Virus record (IMG/VR): IMGVR_UViG_3300020319_000007
Location: 1 to 36,502 of that record
Length of the DNA: 36,502 nt
Source: a virus
Lineage: Duplodnaviria; Caudoviricetes
Reading direction: 5' to 3' (one strand)
Each line of letters begins with the position of its first letter. Positions within the stretch are counted from its first letter, which is position 1. The position numbers were made by a program, and so were the translations under genes. Shown here piece after piece: positions 11,289-19,062 of this stretch. The notes under the pieces were generated by a model. It searched no databases, was not told where the DNA came from, and saw only the letters and a program-made list of their open reading frames with translations.

Positions 11289-11345
11289 GACACTATTACA
11301 AACTGTCACACACCCCCTTCACAGGGGGTTTTTTAGTGCTATAAT
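11288..11345 (+). promoter_or_regulatory. Early promoter cassette head (palindromic motif + sigma70-like -35/-10)
   Basis: GGACAC-TATTACAAAC-TGTCAC at 11288-11309; TTCACA 11318-11323; TGcTATAAT with -10 at 11340-11345. Confidence 0.75.
11312..11334 (+). terminator. Intrinsic terminator embedded in the early promoter
   Basis: Stem ACCCCCT/AGGGGGT, loop TCAC, followed by a T-run; closes the tail module. Confidence 0.8.
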
Positions 11346-11369
11346 AAGTACATAACAAACAAATCACTC

Positions 11370-11534
11370 ATGATCAAACTCGGTACTCAAGTTCAACACA
11401 AACTACATGATGATCTAAATGGTGATGTAGTTCAACTCAACAGACGTAGCAATACCGCTACTGTTAAATTTTGGAATTACCAAGATGAAATGATGCTTGC
11501 ATCCGTTTACTTATCTGACTTGGAGGTTGCGTAA
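11370..11534 (+). CDS. Hypothetical protein, 54 aa (MIKLGTQVQHKLHDD...LEVA)
   Basis: Read by hand; first ATG after the promoter; TAATG coupling to the next ORF. Confidence 0.7.
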   Translation: MIKLGTQVQHKLHDDLNGDVVQLNRRSNTATVKFWNYQDEMMLASVYLSDLEVA

Positions 11535-11764
11535 TGATTTCACAATTAAACCAAGACATTAATTATTGTACACGTGTATTAGGTTGCAATGCAGAACAAA
11601 CTGATGAACTTATCAGTGCTGCTAGTACTTTAAATTTAAATGCACAGTATTTCGTTGAAGAGTTTATATTTGATTGTGATAATGTCATGAAGTATCATGA
11701 TGATGATACATTGAGTCTTGATGCATTCAATGCTTATCATGGTATATATTTTGAGGAGGAGTAA
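11534..11764 (+). CDS. Hypothetical protein, 76 aa
   Basis: GGAGG SD upstream; TAATG coupling on both ends. Confidence 0.75.
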   Translation: MISQLNQDINYCTRVLGCNAEQTDELISAASTLNLNAQYFVEEFIFDCDNVMKYHDDDTLSLDAFNAYHGIYFEEE

Positions 11765-12357
11765 TGTTCTCAACTAAACTACTCAAACTTGCAGTAGATC
11801 GTTCATTAGGTAAACCAACTAAGAATCAAGGAGAACTGTTTGAAGAACTGTATAAAGAGTATATGGGTGACCCAAACAGTTCTACGTTACGTGAACAGAT
11901 AACTGCTGCTGTTGCAGGTTGTAAGACTATACCAGGTAAATTAGGTCGTGATGCCATTGACATCAATGGTGTTGAAAAAGAAATTAAACCTAAGAACTAT
12001 ACTGGTAAGAGAACTAATGGCGGTGGATGCTTCAATGATTATACCAGAACTAGGTATGAAAAAGATGTAAGTGTTAATTTACCTATCATTGCTTCCCTTT
12101 TTGCCGATGGTATGCTAATATATGTTGTAGAGTTTAAATTTGAATCAATTGCCGAGAGATTAAATGATCAAATTATACGTATATGTGAGGAACAAGGGAA
12201 CAGATACGTCCGTTCTTGCTCTTGGACTTATAGTAATTGGATTGATAATCCAGATCTTACAGTCCACTACATAAACAAAGATTTACTAAAGGAACATGCT
12301 CACTATAGTGAGGGAGTCGTAGTAGGTCCTTTATATAAAAAATTAATGTCTTTATAA
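11764..12357 (+). CDS. Putative PD-(D/E)xK-fold endonuclease
   Basis: GAGGAG SD; 'GRDAIDINGVEKEIKPKNY' fits D-x(n)-E-x-K catalytic spacing; 197 aa. The function is inferred. Confidence 0.5.
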   Translation: MFSTKLLKLAVDRSLGKPTKNQGELFEELYKEYMGDPNSSTLREQITAAVAGCKTIPGKLGRDAIDINGVEKEIKPKNYTGKRTNGGGCFNDYTRTRYEKDVSVNLPIIASLFADGMLIYVVEFKFESIAERLNDQIIRICEEQGNRYVRSCSWTYSNWIDNPDLTVHYINKDLLKEHAHYSEGVVVGPLYKKLMSL

Positions 12358-12359
12358 CA

Positions 12360-12704
12360 ATGCCATCTAAAGATCAGAGATCAATAGACGAACCTTCATC
12401 ATATGAGAAGTGGGATCGTGCTAAGAGTTTATTCTTAGAATCATTACATAAACCAGATCATGACCTTCGTGGTTGTGCTCATAATCAACATTGCTATGAT
12501 GAACTCATGCAAATACGTGAAGACATTCTTACATTAGTGGAGAAGATGATCAATCCTCGTCCATATGTTGAAACAGGATTACCTGGTAAACTACCAGATG
12601 AACCACCAAAAGTAGAATCATATGTTAAATCTAAATCATATGAGTATGCTGCTGATATAACATTACAAGATATTGCCAAGTTTCAACGTGGTAGTTCATT
12701 GTGA
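12360..12704 (+). CDS. Hypothetical cyanophage protein
   Basis: 114-aa ORF packed 2 nt after the previous stop; 'KPDHDLRGCAHNQHCYDELM' is His/Cys-rich. Confidence 0.75.
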   Translation: MPSKDQRSIDEPSSYEKWDRAKSLFLESLHKPDHDLRGCAHNQHCYDELMQIREDILTLVEKMINPRPYVETGLPGKLPDEPPKVESYVKSKSYEYAADITLQDIAKFQRGSSL

Positions 12705-12904
12705 AGTCATTCCCATTCAATGTGGGAGATCGTGTGGAAGTAAAGAGAGACATGTTACATGAGACAGGTTTCATTACATTCATAGACTCTCATTATTTCA
12801 CGCTATGCGTTAAACAGTGGGAAGATAAAGATACACTACATGGTGTAGGACAGTGTAAACTTTGTATATACCGTCATGATTGGCAGTATACTAAAATCTT
12901 ATAA
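12701..12904 (+). CDS. Hypothetical protein, 67 aa (SH3/KOW-like N-terminus)
   Basis: GTGA overlap; 'FNVGDRVEV...GFITFI' pattern. Confidence 0.7.
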   Translation: MKSFPFNVGDRVEVKRDMLHETGFITFIDSHYFTLCVKQWEDKDTLHGVGQCKLCIYRHDWQYTKIL

Positions 12905-13837
12905 ATGAAAGACCTTATATTATTTGGTGATTGTCGTGAGTCACTCAAGACATTCGCAACCTATGATCAGAAGGCACGGATGTGTGTCACTTCTCCACCT
13001 TACTATGGTTTACGTAACTATGGTGATGAGGATAAACAAATAGGTATGGAACAGTCTCCAGAGGAATTCGTACAAAATCTAGTAGAAGTATTCTCATTAG
13101 TACGTGATGCACTCACTGATGACGGAACACTATGGTTAAACTTAGGAGACTCTTACTATAACTATAGATCTGATGGTAATTACCCTAAACAGACAGTGAG
13201 TAAAACTAATCAAGATCTACCTTCATTCTCTCCAGTTAGAGGTAACAAGTTAGAAGGATTGAAGAGTAAAGATCTAATTGGTATACCTTGGATGGTAGCA
13301 TTCGCATTACGTGCGGATGGTTGGTATCTACGACAAGATATTATATGGCATAAACCTAATCCTATGCCTGAGAGTGTGAAGGATAGATGTACTAAGGCAC
13401 ATGAGTATATCTTTCTACTCAGTAAGAGTAAGAACTATTATTATAACAATGAAGCAATTAAAGAACCCGCAAAAGACTGGGGGACAAGAGACCGCACTAA
13501 AGGTAAGTACCATAATCCTGGTACTGGCTTACAGCCTCATAGTGGTCTTACCAAGTCTTATGACAGGAAGAATAAACGATCTGTTTGGACAGTAAACAAG
13601 AAACCATACAAGGGAGCACACTTCGCAACATACCCAGAGGAACTTATTGAACCATGTATACTAGCAGGTAGTGAGAAGGGAGATATAATATTAGATCCTT
13701 TTATGGGATCAGGAACAACTGCTGCGGTTGCCAAGAAGAATAGTAGAGCATATCTTGGGTGTGAATTGCATGAGGAGTATGCCAGTTTACAAACTGCACG
13801 TATTTCTACCATTCCCAACAAATTACCATTATACTAG
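12905..13837 (+). CDS. DNA amino-methyltransferase (N4-C/N6-A), beta class
   Basis: Catalytic motif IV 'VTSPPYY' near the N-terminus and SAM-binding motif I 'ILDPFMGSGTT' near the C-terminus; also 'IIWHKPNPMPESVKDRCTKAHEYIFLL' and 'HFATYPEELIEPCI'. Confidence 0.93.
   Translation: MKDLILFGDCRESLKTFATYDQKARMCVTSPPYYGLRNYGDEDKQIGMEQSPEEFVQNLVEVFSLVRDALTDDGTLWLNLGDSYYNYRSDGNYPKQTVSKTNQDLPSFSPVRGNKLEGLKSKDLIGIPWMVAFALRADGWYLRQDIIWHKPNPMPESVKDRCTKAHEYIFLLSKSKNYYYNNEAIKEPAKDWGTRDRTKGKYHNPGTGLQPHSGLTKSYDRKNKRSVWTVNKKPYKGAHFATYPEELIEPCILAGSEKGDIILDPFMGSGTTAAVAKKNSRAYLGCELHEEYASLQTARISTIPNKLPLY
13779..13835 (+). promoter_or_regulatory. Early promoter cassette head inside the 3' end of the MTase gene
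   Basis: ATGCCA-GTTTACAAAC-TGCACG at 13779-13800; TATACT at 13830-13835 (same ~52-nt offset as the other copies); AAGGAG SD before ATG 13861. Confidence 0.6.
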
Positions 13838-13860
13838 GTATATACAAATCAAGGAGCACA

Positions 13861-14298
13861 ATGCCTAAGACATTAACATCAAACGAACTAAAAGTCTTGA
13901 GTAGAGTGGATATATTATGTGGTGCATTAGAAAAAGACTATGAGAATGATAGCAAAAGATTACACGAGAGTTCACTTCGTGACGAAATGCACTACTCTCC
14001 ATATCATGAGGAGCAACTAGCAGCAATAGAAGACGGAACTGCTAACCTAAACAAATTTGTATCATATGCAGGTAAGAGATACCACAAGATAATCATGCAA
14101 GAGTATGGAAGACGTGGTGAAGGTTATCAGGACAGTACAGTTCACGCATTTATAGATAAGAAAACAGGAGAAGTATTCAAACCAGCAGGTTGGCAAGGTC
14201 CCGCAAAGCATGTAAGATATAATTTATTAGAAGAGAACTCATATAATGAGTGCTTATTCAAAGCAAGTTGGGCAGGTGGTTATCTCTATATGAGATAA
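13861..14298 (+). CDS. Conserved phage early protein (VHAFIDKKTGEVFKPAGW motif)
   Basis: 145 aa; strong SD; the motif 'KYxKI...SVHxFxDxxTGxVxKPAxWxxPAKxxRxN' recurs in phage early regions; function unknown. Confidence 0.8.
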   Translation: MPKTLTSNELKVLSRVDILCGALEKDYENDSKRLHESSLRDEMHYSPYHEEQLAAIEDGTANLNKFVSYAGKRYHKIIMQEYGRRGEGYQDSTVHAFIDKKTGEVFKPAGWQGPAKHVRYNLLEENSYNECLFKASWAGGYLYMR

Positions 14299-14334
14299 TC
14301 CTCCAACACATGTAAACCTTACTATTGTAACACA

Positions 14335-14625
14335 ATGAGAAATCTACCTAGACGTACAAAACTGAAGAAACAGGTCGCTGCTCCCATGATTGTTAGTCAT
14401 GTAAAAGAATTGTTAGCACCACTTGACTTACAGAACAGTAAGCAGTATACTGTAAAGGTAAAGACAAATGCTGAACCATTCTCTGATGAAGAGAAGAAGT
14501 TTTGGCGATATCAGTCTTTCTACACCCTAGAGTTCTGTAAGGCACTTGAAGATGTTCTACCATCAGATCTATCTTTTATGTCTTATAATCATCTTACAAA
14601 CGATTTAACGGTGGTTAGACAATGA
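14335..14625 (+). CDS. Hypothetical protein, 96 aa
   Basis: ORF track; ATGA-coupled to the next ORF. Confidence 0.7.
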   Translation: MRNLPRRTKLKKQVAAPMIVSHVKELLAPLDLQNSKQYTVKVKTNAEPFSDEEKKFWRYQSFYTLEFCKALEDVLPSDLSFMSYNHLTNDLTVVRQ

Positions 14626-14795
14626 ATAACGAGAACAAAATCACAAAGAAACAACAGGAGCAACTGATAGAAATGATGGAGATCATGGAGGATACTGTAG
14701 AGTATTTCTGTGATCAGAACACAGTATCAGGTGAAACTGCATGGAACATGGTGGCATCACTCGCTGAAGCAAAGTTAGGACAATTTGACAAATGA
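14622..14795 (+). CDS. Hypothetical protein, 57 aa (MNNENKITKK...EDTVEYFCDQNTVSGETAW...)
   Basis: Read by hand; ATGA overlaps at both ends. Confidence 0.75.
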   Translation: MNNENKITKKQQEQLIEMMEIMEDTVEYFCDQNTVSGETAWNMVASLAEAKLGQFDK

Positions 14796-14938
14796 ACAAC
14801 GTACCGTTTTATGATTTCCCACAGTCTCCAATATTATGGATAGGACTTGGTGGCATATTATTCACATTAGTATTATACTTTGTAACAAACAGAGCATATA
14901 CTATATCTCCATTCAATGAGGACAATGACAAAACTTGA
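14792..14938 (+). CDS. Small single-pass membrane protein, 48 aa
   Basis: Read by hand: MNNVPFYDFPQSPILWIGLGGILFTLVLYFVTNRAY...; one hydrophobic helix; ATGA-coupled. Confidence 0.7.
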   Translation: MNNVPFYDFPQSPILWIGLGGILFTLVLYFVTNRAYTISPFNEDNDKT

Positions 14939-15188
14939 AGTTATTTTAGATCGTTATCCTTATAGGTTCGTACAGTTTGGCGAACTAGAGTCTGGTTATC
15001 CAGATCTTAGGATACAAAAGATGAATTACAATACATGGCGATGGAATGACATGTATTACCTAGATAGTCAAACACAACTTGATTGTTGTATTGAAGATCG
15101 TGAGTATGTTAAGTGGTTAGACCCTGATCCAGAGGTCGCTGCTTATCCACGTAAATCAGACACAGTAAGGAGTCCTTATGCCACCTAA
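14925..15188 (+). CDS. Hypothetical cyanophage protein
   Basis: ORF track 14916-15188; GAGG SD favours ATG 14925 (MTKLEVILDRYPYRFVQ...). Confidence 0.75.
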   Translation: MTKLEVILDRYPYRFVQFGELESGYPDLRIQKMNYNTWRWNDMYYLDSQTQLDCCIEDREYVKWLDPDPEVAAYPRKSDTVRSPYAT

Positions 15189-15432
15189 GAATCATATGTA
15201 CACACCTGCACCTGATGGTGATGCACCAAAATTGAATCAACAGAGATCCGCACTAGTGCGTTGGGCTTGTACTAAGTTCAATACTCTACTTGCGGATGAT
15301 AACTATGATGCAGGTCATGCACTCATAGAAGAGTGGTTTGAATGGGTTGATGTAAAATCCTATATAAACGAGTCCACTCTATTTTTCAATGGAGACGAGT
15401 TAAATGAACTCTATAAACAAAGCAAAGGTTGA
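15178..15432 (+). CDS. Hypothetical protein, 84 aa
   Basis: AAGGAG SD upstream; overlaps the previous ORF end. Confidence 0.75.
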   Translation: MPPKNHMYTPAPDGDAPKLNQQRSALVRWACTKFNTLLADDNYDAGHALIEEWFEWVDVKSYINESTLFFNGDELNELYKQSKG

Positions 15433-15544
15433 GGACGAGTTGAAGAAACTCACTGCTGAGTACATCAAAGCGACTCATAGTGAGGATAAACAACTCGCAA
15501 AGAATATCATGCAGAGTATGGAGGAACTAAAGAAACTTGCCTAG
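15404..15544 (+). CDS. Hypothetical protein, 46 aa (helical)
   Basis: Read by hand: MNSINKAKVEDELKKLTAEY...LKKLA; fills the gap between flanking ORFs. Confidence 0.6.
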   Translation: MNSINKAKVEDELKKLTAEYIKATHSEDKQLAKNIMQSMEELKKLA

Positions 15545-15845
15545 AACACAAAAGAGTCTAGATAAGAATATATCTAAACTCACAACTCAAGAAGCAAAAC
15601 GAGCACCTAGAAAGACTCGTAGCGACAAGAAACCAGTCTTTAAGAAGACTAAGAAGAATGATCTATGGGAACTATGTAATGGCAATGGTAATTGCTCTCA
15701 CAGATTTCCTTGGTATCTTGAACCAACCAAGAAGGATGCATTCAATAGATCATGGTACGGACACTATGATGACGTTTACAAATACATCACAAATACAAAG
15801 TTAAGACCAGAGGAGTACACATTATGGCACTATCAAAAAAAGTAG
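15537..15845 (+). CDS. Hypothetical basic protein, 102 aa (TTG start)
   Basis: GGAGG upstream; Lys/Arg-rich N-half. Confidence 0.65.
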   Translation: MPRTQKSLDKNISKLTTQEAKRAPRKTRSDKKPVFKKTKKNDLWELCNGNGNCSHRFPWYLEPTKKDAFNRSWYGHYDDVYKYITNTKLRPEEYTLWHYQKK

Positions 15846-16030
15846 ATGAGTATCTAGTTGAAGCACAAGGTAACATTCGTAATGCCTTGGCATATGCAGC
15901 ACGTAGCGAGCGTCCAGTTACTATCAATGCCCTCGGTAGATTATTAAATGATATTGAGGCTTTGTCTAAATTTGATGATCTCTTAGATAAATTAGATCAG
16001 GAAATAGAACATAAATTTACAGAAGAATGA
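15824..16030 (+). CDS. Hypothetical cyanophage protein, 68 aa
   Basis: GAGGAG SD; 'EAQGNIRNALAYAARSERP' helical motif. Confidence 0.8.
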   Translation: MALSKKVDEYLVEAQGNIRNALAYAARSERPVTINALGRLLNDIEALSKFDDLLDKLDQEIEHKFTEE

Positions 16031-16116
16031 CAATACTCGCTATATTCGGAGTCGCTCCCCTAATTGTATACATCGCATACATCCTACGTTATTATGACCC
16101 CCATAATTCAATATGA
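16027..16116 (+). CDS. Hydrophobic micropeptide, 29 aa (MTILAIFGVAPLIVYIAYILRYYDPHNSI)
   Basis: Read by hand; exact ATGA overlaps with both neighbours. Confidence 0.65.
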   Translation: MTILAIFGVAPLIVYIAYILRYYDPHNSI

Positions 16117-16685
16117 AACATACATTTGATGATACTGACCATAAACATCTAGACACGCTACTACACCTATTAAAAGAGAAAGCGTACAAATACGGAAACT
16201 TCACCCTATCATCTGGTAAACCATCTGAACACTACGTGAACTGCAAACCTGTCACATTATCATGTGAGGGAAATGCACTGCTATCACACCTGATGCTCAA
16301 GTGCATTGATGATGATGCAAAGGCAGTGGGTGGGTTAACACTCGGTGCAGATCCATTGGTATGTGGAGTCGCACAGAGAGCATATAATAGATTAGAGCAT
16401 CACAGGAACGTGGATGCACTCATCGTCCGTAAGTATACCAAGGGTTATGGTACAAGAGAGAGCATTGAAGGTCCTAAACCAAGAAAAGGAAGTGTCGTCA
16501 CGGTACTGGAAGATGTGACCACAACAGGTAGTAGTGCAATGTATGCTGTAAAAACACTACGTGAACAAGGATATATTGTCAAGAGAGTGGTTGCAATAGT
16601 TGATCGTCTAGAAGACCATAAGGTATGGTCTGACAATGACATTGAATTCCTCTCATTATTTACATTAGATGACCTATGCGAATGA
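16113..16685 (+). CDS. pyrE: Orotate phosphoribosyltransferase
   Basis: 'GNFTLSSGKPSEHYVNCK', 'VGGLTLGADPL', 'IVRK..KGYGT' and the PRPP-binding loop 'VTVLEDVTTTGSS'. Confidence 0.95.
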   Translation: MKHTFDDTDHKHLDTLLHLLKEKAYKYGNFTLSSGKPSEHYVNCKPVTLSCEGNALLSHLMLKCIDDDAKAVGGLTLGADPLVCGVAQRAYNRLEHHRNVDALIVRKYTKGYGTRESIEGPKPRKGSVVTVLEDVTTTGSSAMYAVKTLREQGYIVKRVVAIVDRLEDHKVWSDNDIEFLSLFTLDDLCE

Positions 16686-16879
16686 ATAACCAAACTAAAC
16701 TAGTCTTTGCACTTGAACACATTGCACACCTACATGACCTGATAGAAGACAATGAGTTTGAGAGATACTTGAAAGATGCACTACTCACACTTGAAAATGA
16801 ATGTGAAAGACAACTCAAACTAGAACTGGAAAGAAAATATCCTAAAGAACTAGAGAGTCTATCAGAGGGTAAGGCATGA
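16682..16879 (+). CDS. Hypothetical cyanophage protein
   Basis: ORF track 16676-16879; ATGA overlap with the pyrE stop favours 16682. Confidence 0.75.
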   Translation: MNNQTKLVFALEHIAHLHDLIEDNEFERYLKDALLTLENECERQLKLELERKYPKELESLSEGKA

Positions 16880-17070
16880 AGAAATCTGAATTGATACACT
16901 GGCAACTACAGGCAATGCTACGTGAGCATAGTTTCAGTAAGGACAACCTAGCATATCTTGGTGTACGTGAGGATAGTATTGGTATGCCACAACACTGGTA
17001 TAGTATCGGTGGTAATGAAGTACCAGTTGATTCAATAGAGGAGTTAGAAAGTGAAGAAAAAGAAGATTGA
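16876..17070 (+). CDS. Hypothetical cyanophage protein, 64 aa
   Basis: ATGA overlap; GAGGG upstream. Confidence 0.75.
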   Translation: MKKSELIHWQLQAMLREHSFSKDNLAYLGVREDSIGMPQHWYSIGGNEVPVDSIEELESEEKED

Positions 17071-17218
17071 ATTCCATCCGAATCCCCAAGAACTATGGGA
17101 AGAGTTTCATGGTGTAGTTGCACCAGTGATCAGTGTGGATGGATTTGAATATGAACGTAAGTATGATGATGAACCAAGTTACTGTTTACACCCAGATGAA
17201 GAATCAGATAATATTTAA
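17051..17218 (+). CDS. Hypothetical acidic protein, 55 aa (GTG start)
   Basis: Read by hand: MKKKKIEFHPNPQELWEEFHGVVAPV...; GAGGAG upstream; fills the gap. Confidence 0.6.
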   Translation: MKKKKIEFHPNPQELWEEFHGVVAPVISVDGFEYERKYDDEPSYCLHPDEESDNI

Positions 17219-17645
17219 ACAGATTGACGATCTTGAAGCACTCATCACATGTGAGTATATGATACAGGATGGTATTGTTGCATGTACACAAAAGACAATT
17301 GGTACATTCGTAAACTACAATGCATATCAATCGCCATTATATACTGAACGTGATGCAGGTGCTATCACATGGAGAGTCAAGCGATGGTTAGAAAAGAGAT
17401 TGAATCGTGAGTTGAGTATGCAGTTTACATGGTGGATCAATGTTAACTACAATGATGCATACAAACCAAAGGGAGACATCACAGCAATATTCTATCCAAA
17501 GGCATCAGGTGAACTTAAAGTGTGGAGTAATAGTATACCAATGAAGGAAGCACATGCATATGCATTTCCTGGTAATGTATCATATAGTCATACACCAGCA
17601 GTAAATGATCGGTATTCATTCAACTGGTCATTCAACTATAAATAA
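17196..17645 (+). CDS. Degenerate 2OG-Fe(II) oxygenase-like protein
   Basis: 'WWINVN...ITAIFYPK..GEL...AYAFPG..Y...P...RYSFNWSFN' follows the TIGR02466-like oxygenase layout but lacks the His ligands; start moved to ATG 17196. Confidence 0.5.
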   Translation: MKNQIIFKQIDDLEALITCEYMIQDGIVACTQKTIGTFVNYNAYQSPLYTERDAGAITWRVKRWLEKRLNRELSMQFTWWINVNYNDAYKPKGDITAIFYPKASGELKVWSNSIPMKEAHAYAFPGNVSYSHTPAVNDRYSFNWSFNYK

Positions 17646-17656
17646 AGATTACGATA

Positions 17657-18121
17657 ATGGAACAGACACTCATGGCAGGACATGAACCAATCAAAGGTGA
17701 GGTGACCGATCCAATAGAAAGGTTACATAACGATATAAAAAAGGCAATAGATGGTACACAGATTCAAAGAGATACTACCGAACACAAAGAAGAAGAGGAA
17801 CTGGATTGCACTGACAAACTACTTGAATGTACCAGTGAATGTGATCCTAACGATAAGGAATGTGAGGAAGAATGTGTTGAGGAGTATAAAGAATGTGATC
17901 TCCCTTGGGAAGATGAAGTAGACCAAACACCTGATCAACATATCATAGATCCTAATCAACCTTGGGATAAACTCGTAGTATATCCAACAGAAGAACAACA
18001 TCTAGTGAATGAGATATCACATCTTGCATCTCTCCTAGAAGGTAAGATAACGAAGTCATCTACCACAGATAAAGATGGAAAAGAGAGCAAGAAGATCATT
18101 ATTGAGTATGAACTTCATTGA
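17657..18121 (+). CDS. Hypothetical acidic, Cys-rich protein, 154 aa
   Basis: Central 'CTDKLLECTSECDPNDKECEEECVEEYKEC' segment. Confidence 0.75.
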   Translation: MEQTLMAGHEPIKGEVTDPIERLHNDIKKAIDGTQIQRDTTEHKEEEELDCTDKLLECTSECDPNDKECEEECVEEYKECDLPWEDEVDQTPDQHIIDPNQPWDKLVVYPTEEQHLVNEISHLASLLEGKITKSSTTDKDGKESKKIIIEYELH

Positions 18122-18653
18122 GGTTTTTCCACAGGCACTATCATCTAATACATGTAAGTTAATCATTGATAGATTTGAAGAGTCACCACATAAGAAAGAA
18201 GGTATCGCAGGACCATTTAATCATGGTGTTGCAAAGATAAAAGATTCAACTGACATTACTGTTAAAGGACAACAAGACGATCCAATATTAAATGCAGTAG
18301 AACCATGCTATCATGAATATTGTAATAAGTATGGTTATCTTAAACTCACAAGACAAATCAATGCAATAGATGCAGGATATAATCTACAAAGATATACAGA
18401 TAATCAAGGATTCTTCTATTGGCACTGTGAACATTCAATGCATCATCCTAAACGAACAATAGCATGGATGGTATACTTAAATGATGCTGAATGTGGTACA
18501 ACATGGATGCATCAAAACTATACAAGTCAAGCAAGAGAAGGTGATATATTAATATGGCCAGCATCATGGACACATGCACATAAAGGAGTTACACCTAACA
18601 TCGGAACCAAGTATATTGCAACAGGATGGATGAGTTACCATAGTATAAGATAG
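18108..18653 (+). CDS. 2OG-Fe(II) oxygenase (prolyl-hydroxylase-like)
   Basis: 'WHCE' (HxD/E), 'WMVYLND', 'WPASWTHAHKG' (distal His) and 'KYIATGW'; ATG 18108 is the likelier start. Confidence 0.9.
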   Translation: MNFIEVFPQALSSNTCKLIIDRFEESPHKKEGIAGPFNHGVAKIKDSTDITVKGQQDDPILNAVEPCYHEYCNKYGYLKLTRQINAIDAGYNLQRYTDNQGFFYWHCEHSMHHPKRTIAWMVYLNDAECGTTWMHQNYTSQAREGDILIWPASWTHAHKGVTPNIGTKYIATGWMSYHSIR

Positions 18654-18704
18654 TCAAGGATACTACCCTTTCAACACAAGTGTCCGCACATTGATATGAC
18701 TGAG

Positions 18705-18736
18705 TTTTCCACAGGTTTTTGAGGTATTGTGGAAAA
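18705..18736. promoter_or_regulatory. Inverted pair of DnaA-box-like 9-mers
   Basis: TTTTCCACA 18705-18713 and TGTGGAAAA 18728-18736. Confidence 0.55.
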
Positions 18737-18783
18737 GTATTGAAATCATTAAATAAATATAGGTAAGGTGCGGTGTTGTTGCT

Positions 18784-18812
18784 GTCTTAGGCTGCTATGT
18801 ATCAAAAGTCAA
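18784..18812 (-). promoter_or_regulatory. Leftward sigma70-like promoter
   Basis: On the - strand: TTGACT (18812-18807), 17 nt, TAAGAC (18789-18784); the -10 is imperfect. Confidence 0.45.
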
Positions 18813-18840
18813 CCCCTCTGTAACAAACTGAAATATTCCG

Positions 18841-18898
18841 AGTCCTGTTAACGAACTGTCACACAAGACTTGACAAAACTCAGAAAATCGGTTATATT
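18841..18898 (+). promoter_or_regulatory. Strong early promoter
   Basis: AACTGTCAC half-site (TGTCAC 18857-18862); TTGACA 18870-18875, 17 nt, TATATT 18893-18898. Confidence 0.85.
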
Positions 18899-19009
18899 AG
18901 AAACATGGGAATCTGAGAAACTTCAAAAACTTAAAAAGTCGCTTTTTATAAAGTTTGGAAATCTTAAATAAAGTGTATTTTTAGGTTTTTGGGGTTTTTT
19001 TCTTTTAAC

Positions 19010-19030
19010 TTTTCCACAGATTGTGGAAAA
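19010..19030. promoter_or_regulatory. Inverted pair of DnaA-box-like 9-mers
   Basis: TTTTCCACA-GAT-TGTGGAAAA, a perfect inverted repeat preceded by a T-rich tract. Confidence 0.55.
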
Positions 19031-19062
19031 ACTCATAAAATCAACTTTATTTCTTAATTAGA

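Noticed and set aside
17657-18121. CP12
   Set aside because: Lacks the AWD.VEEL core and the C-terminal C-x8-C..YD motif.
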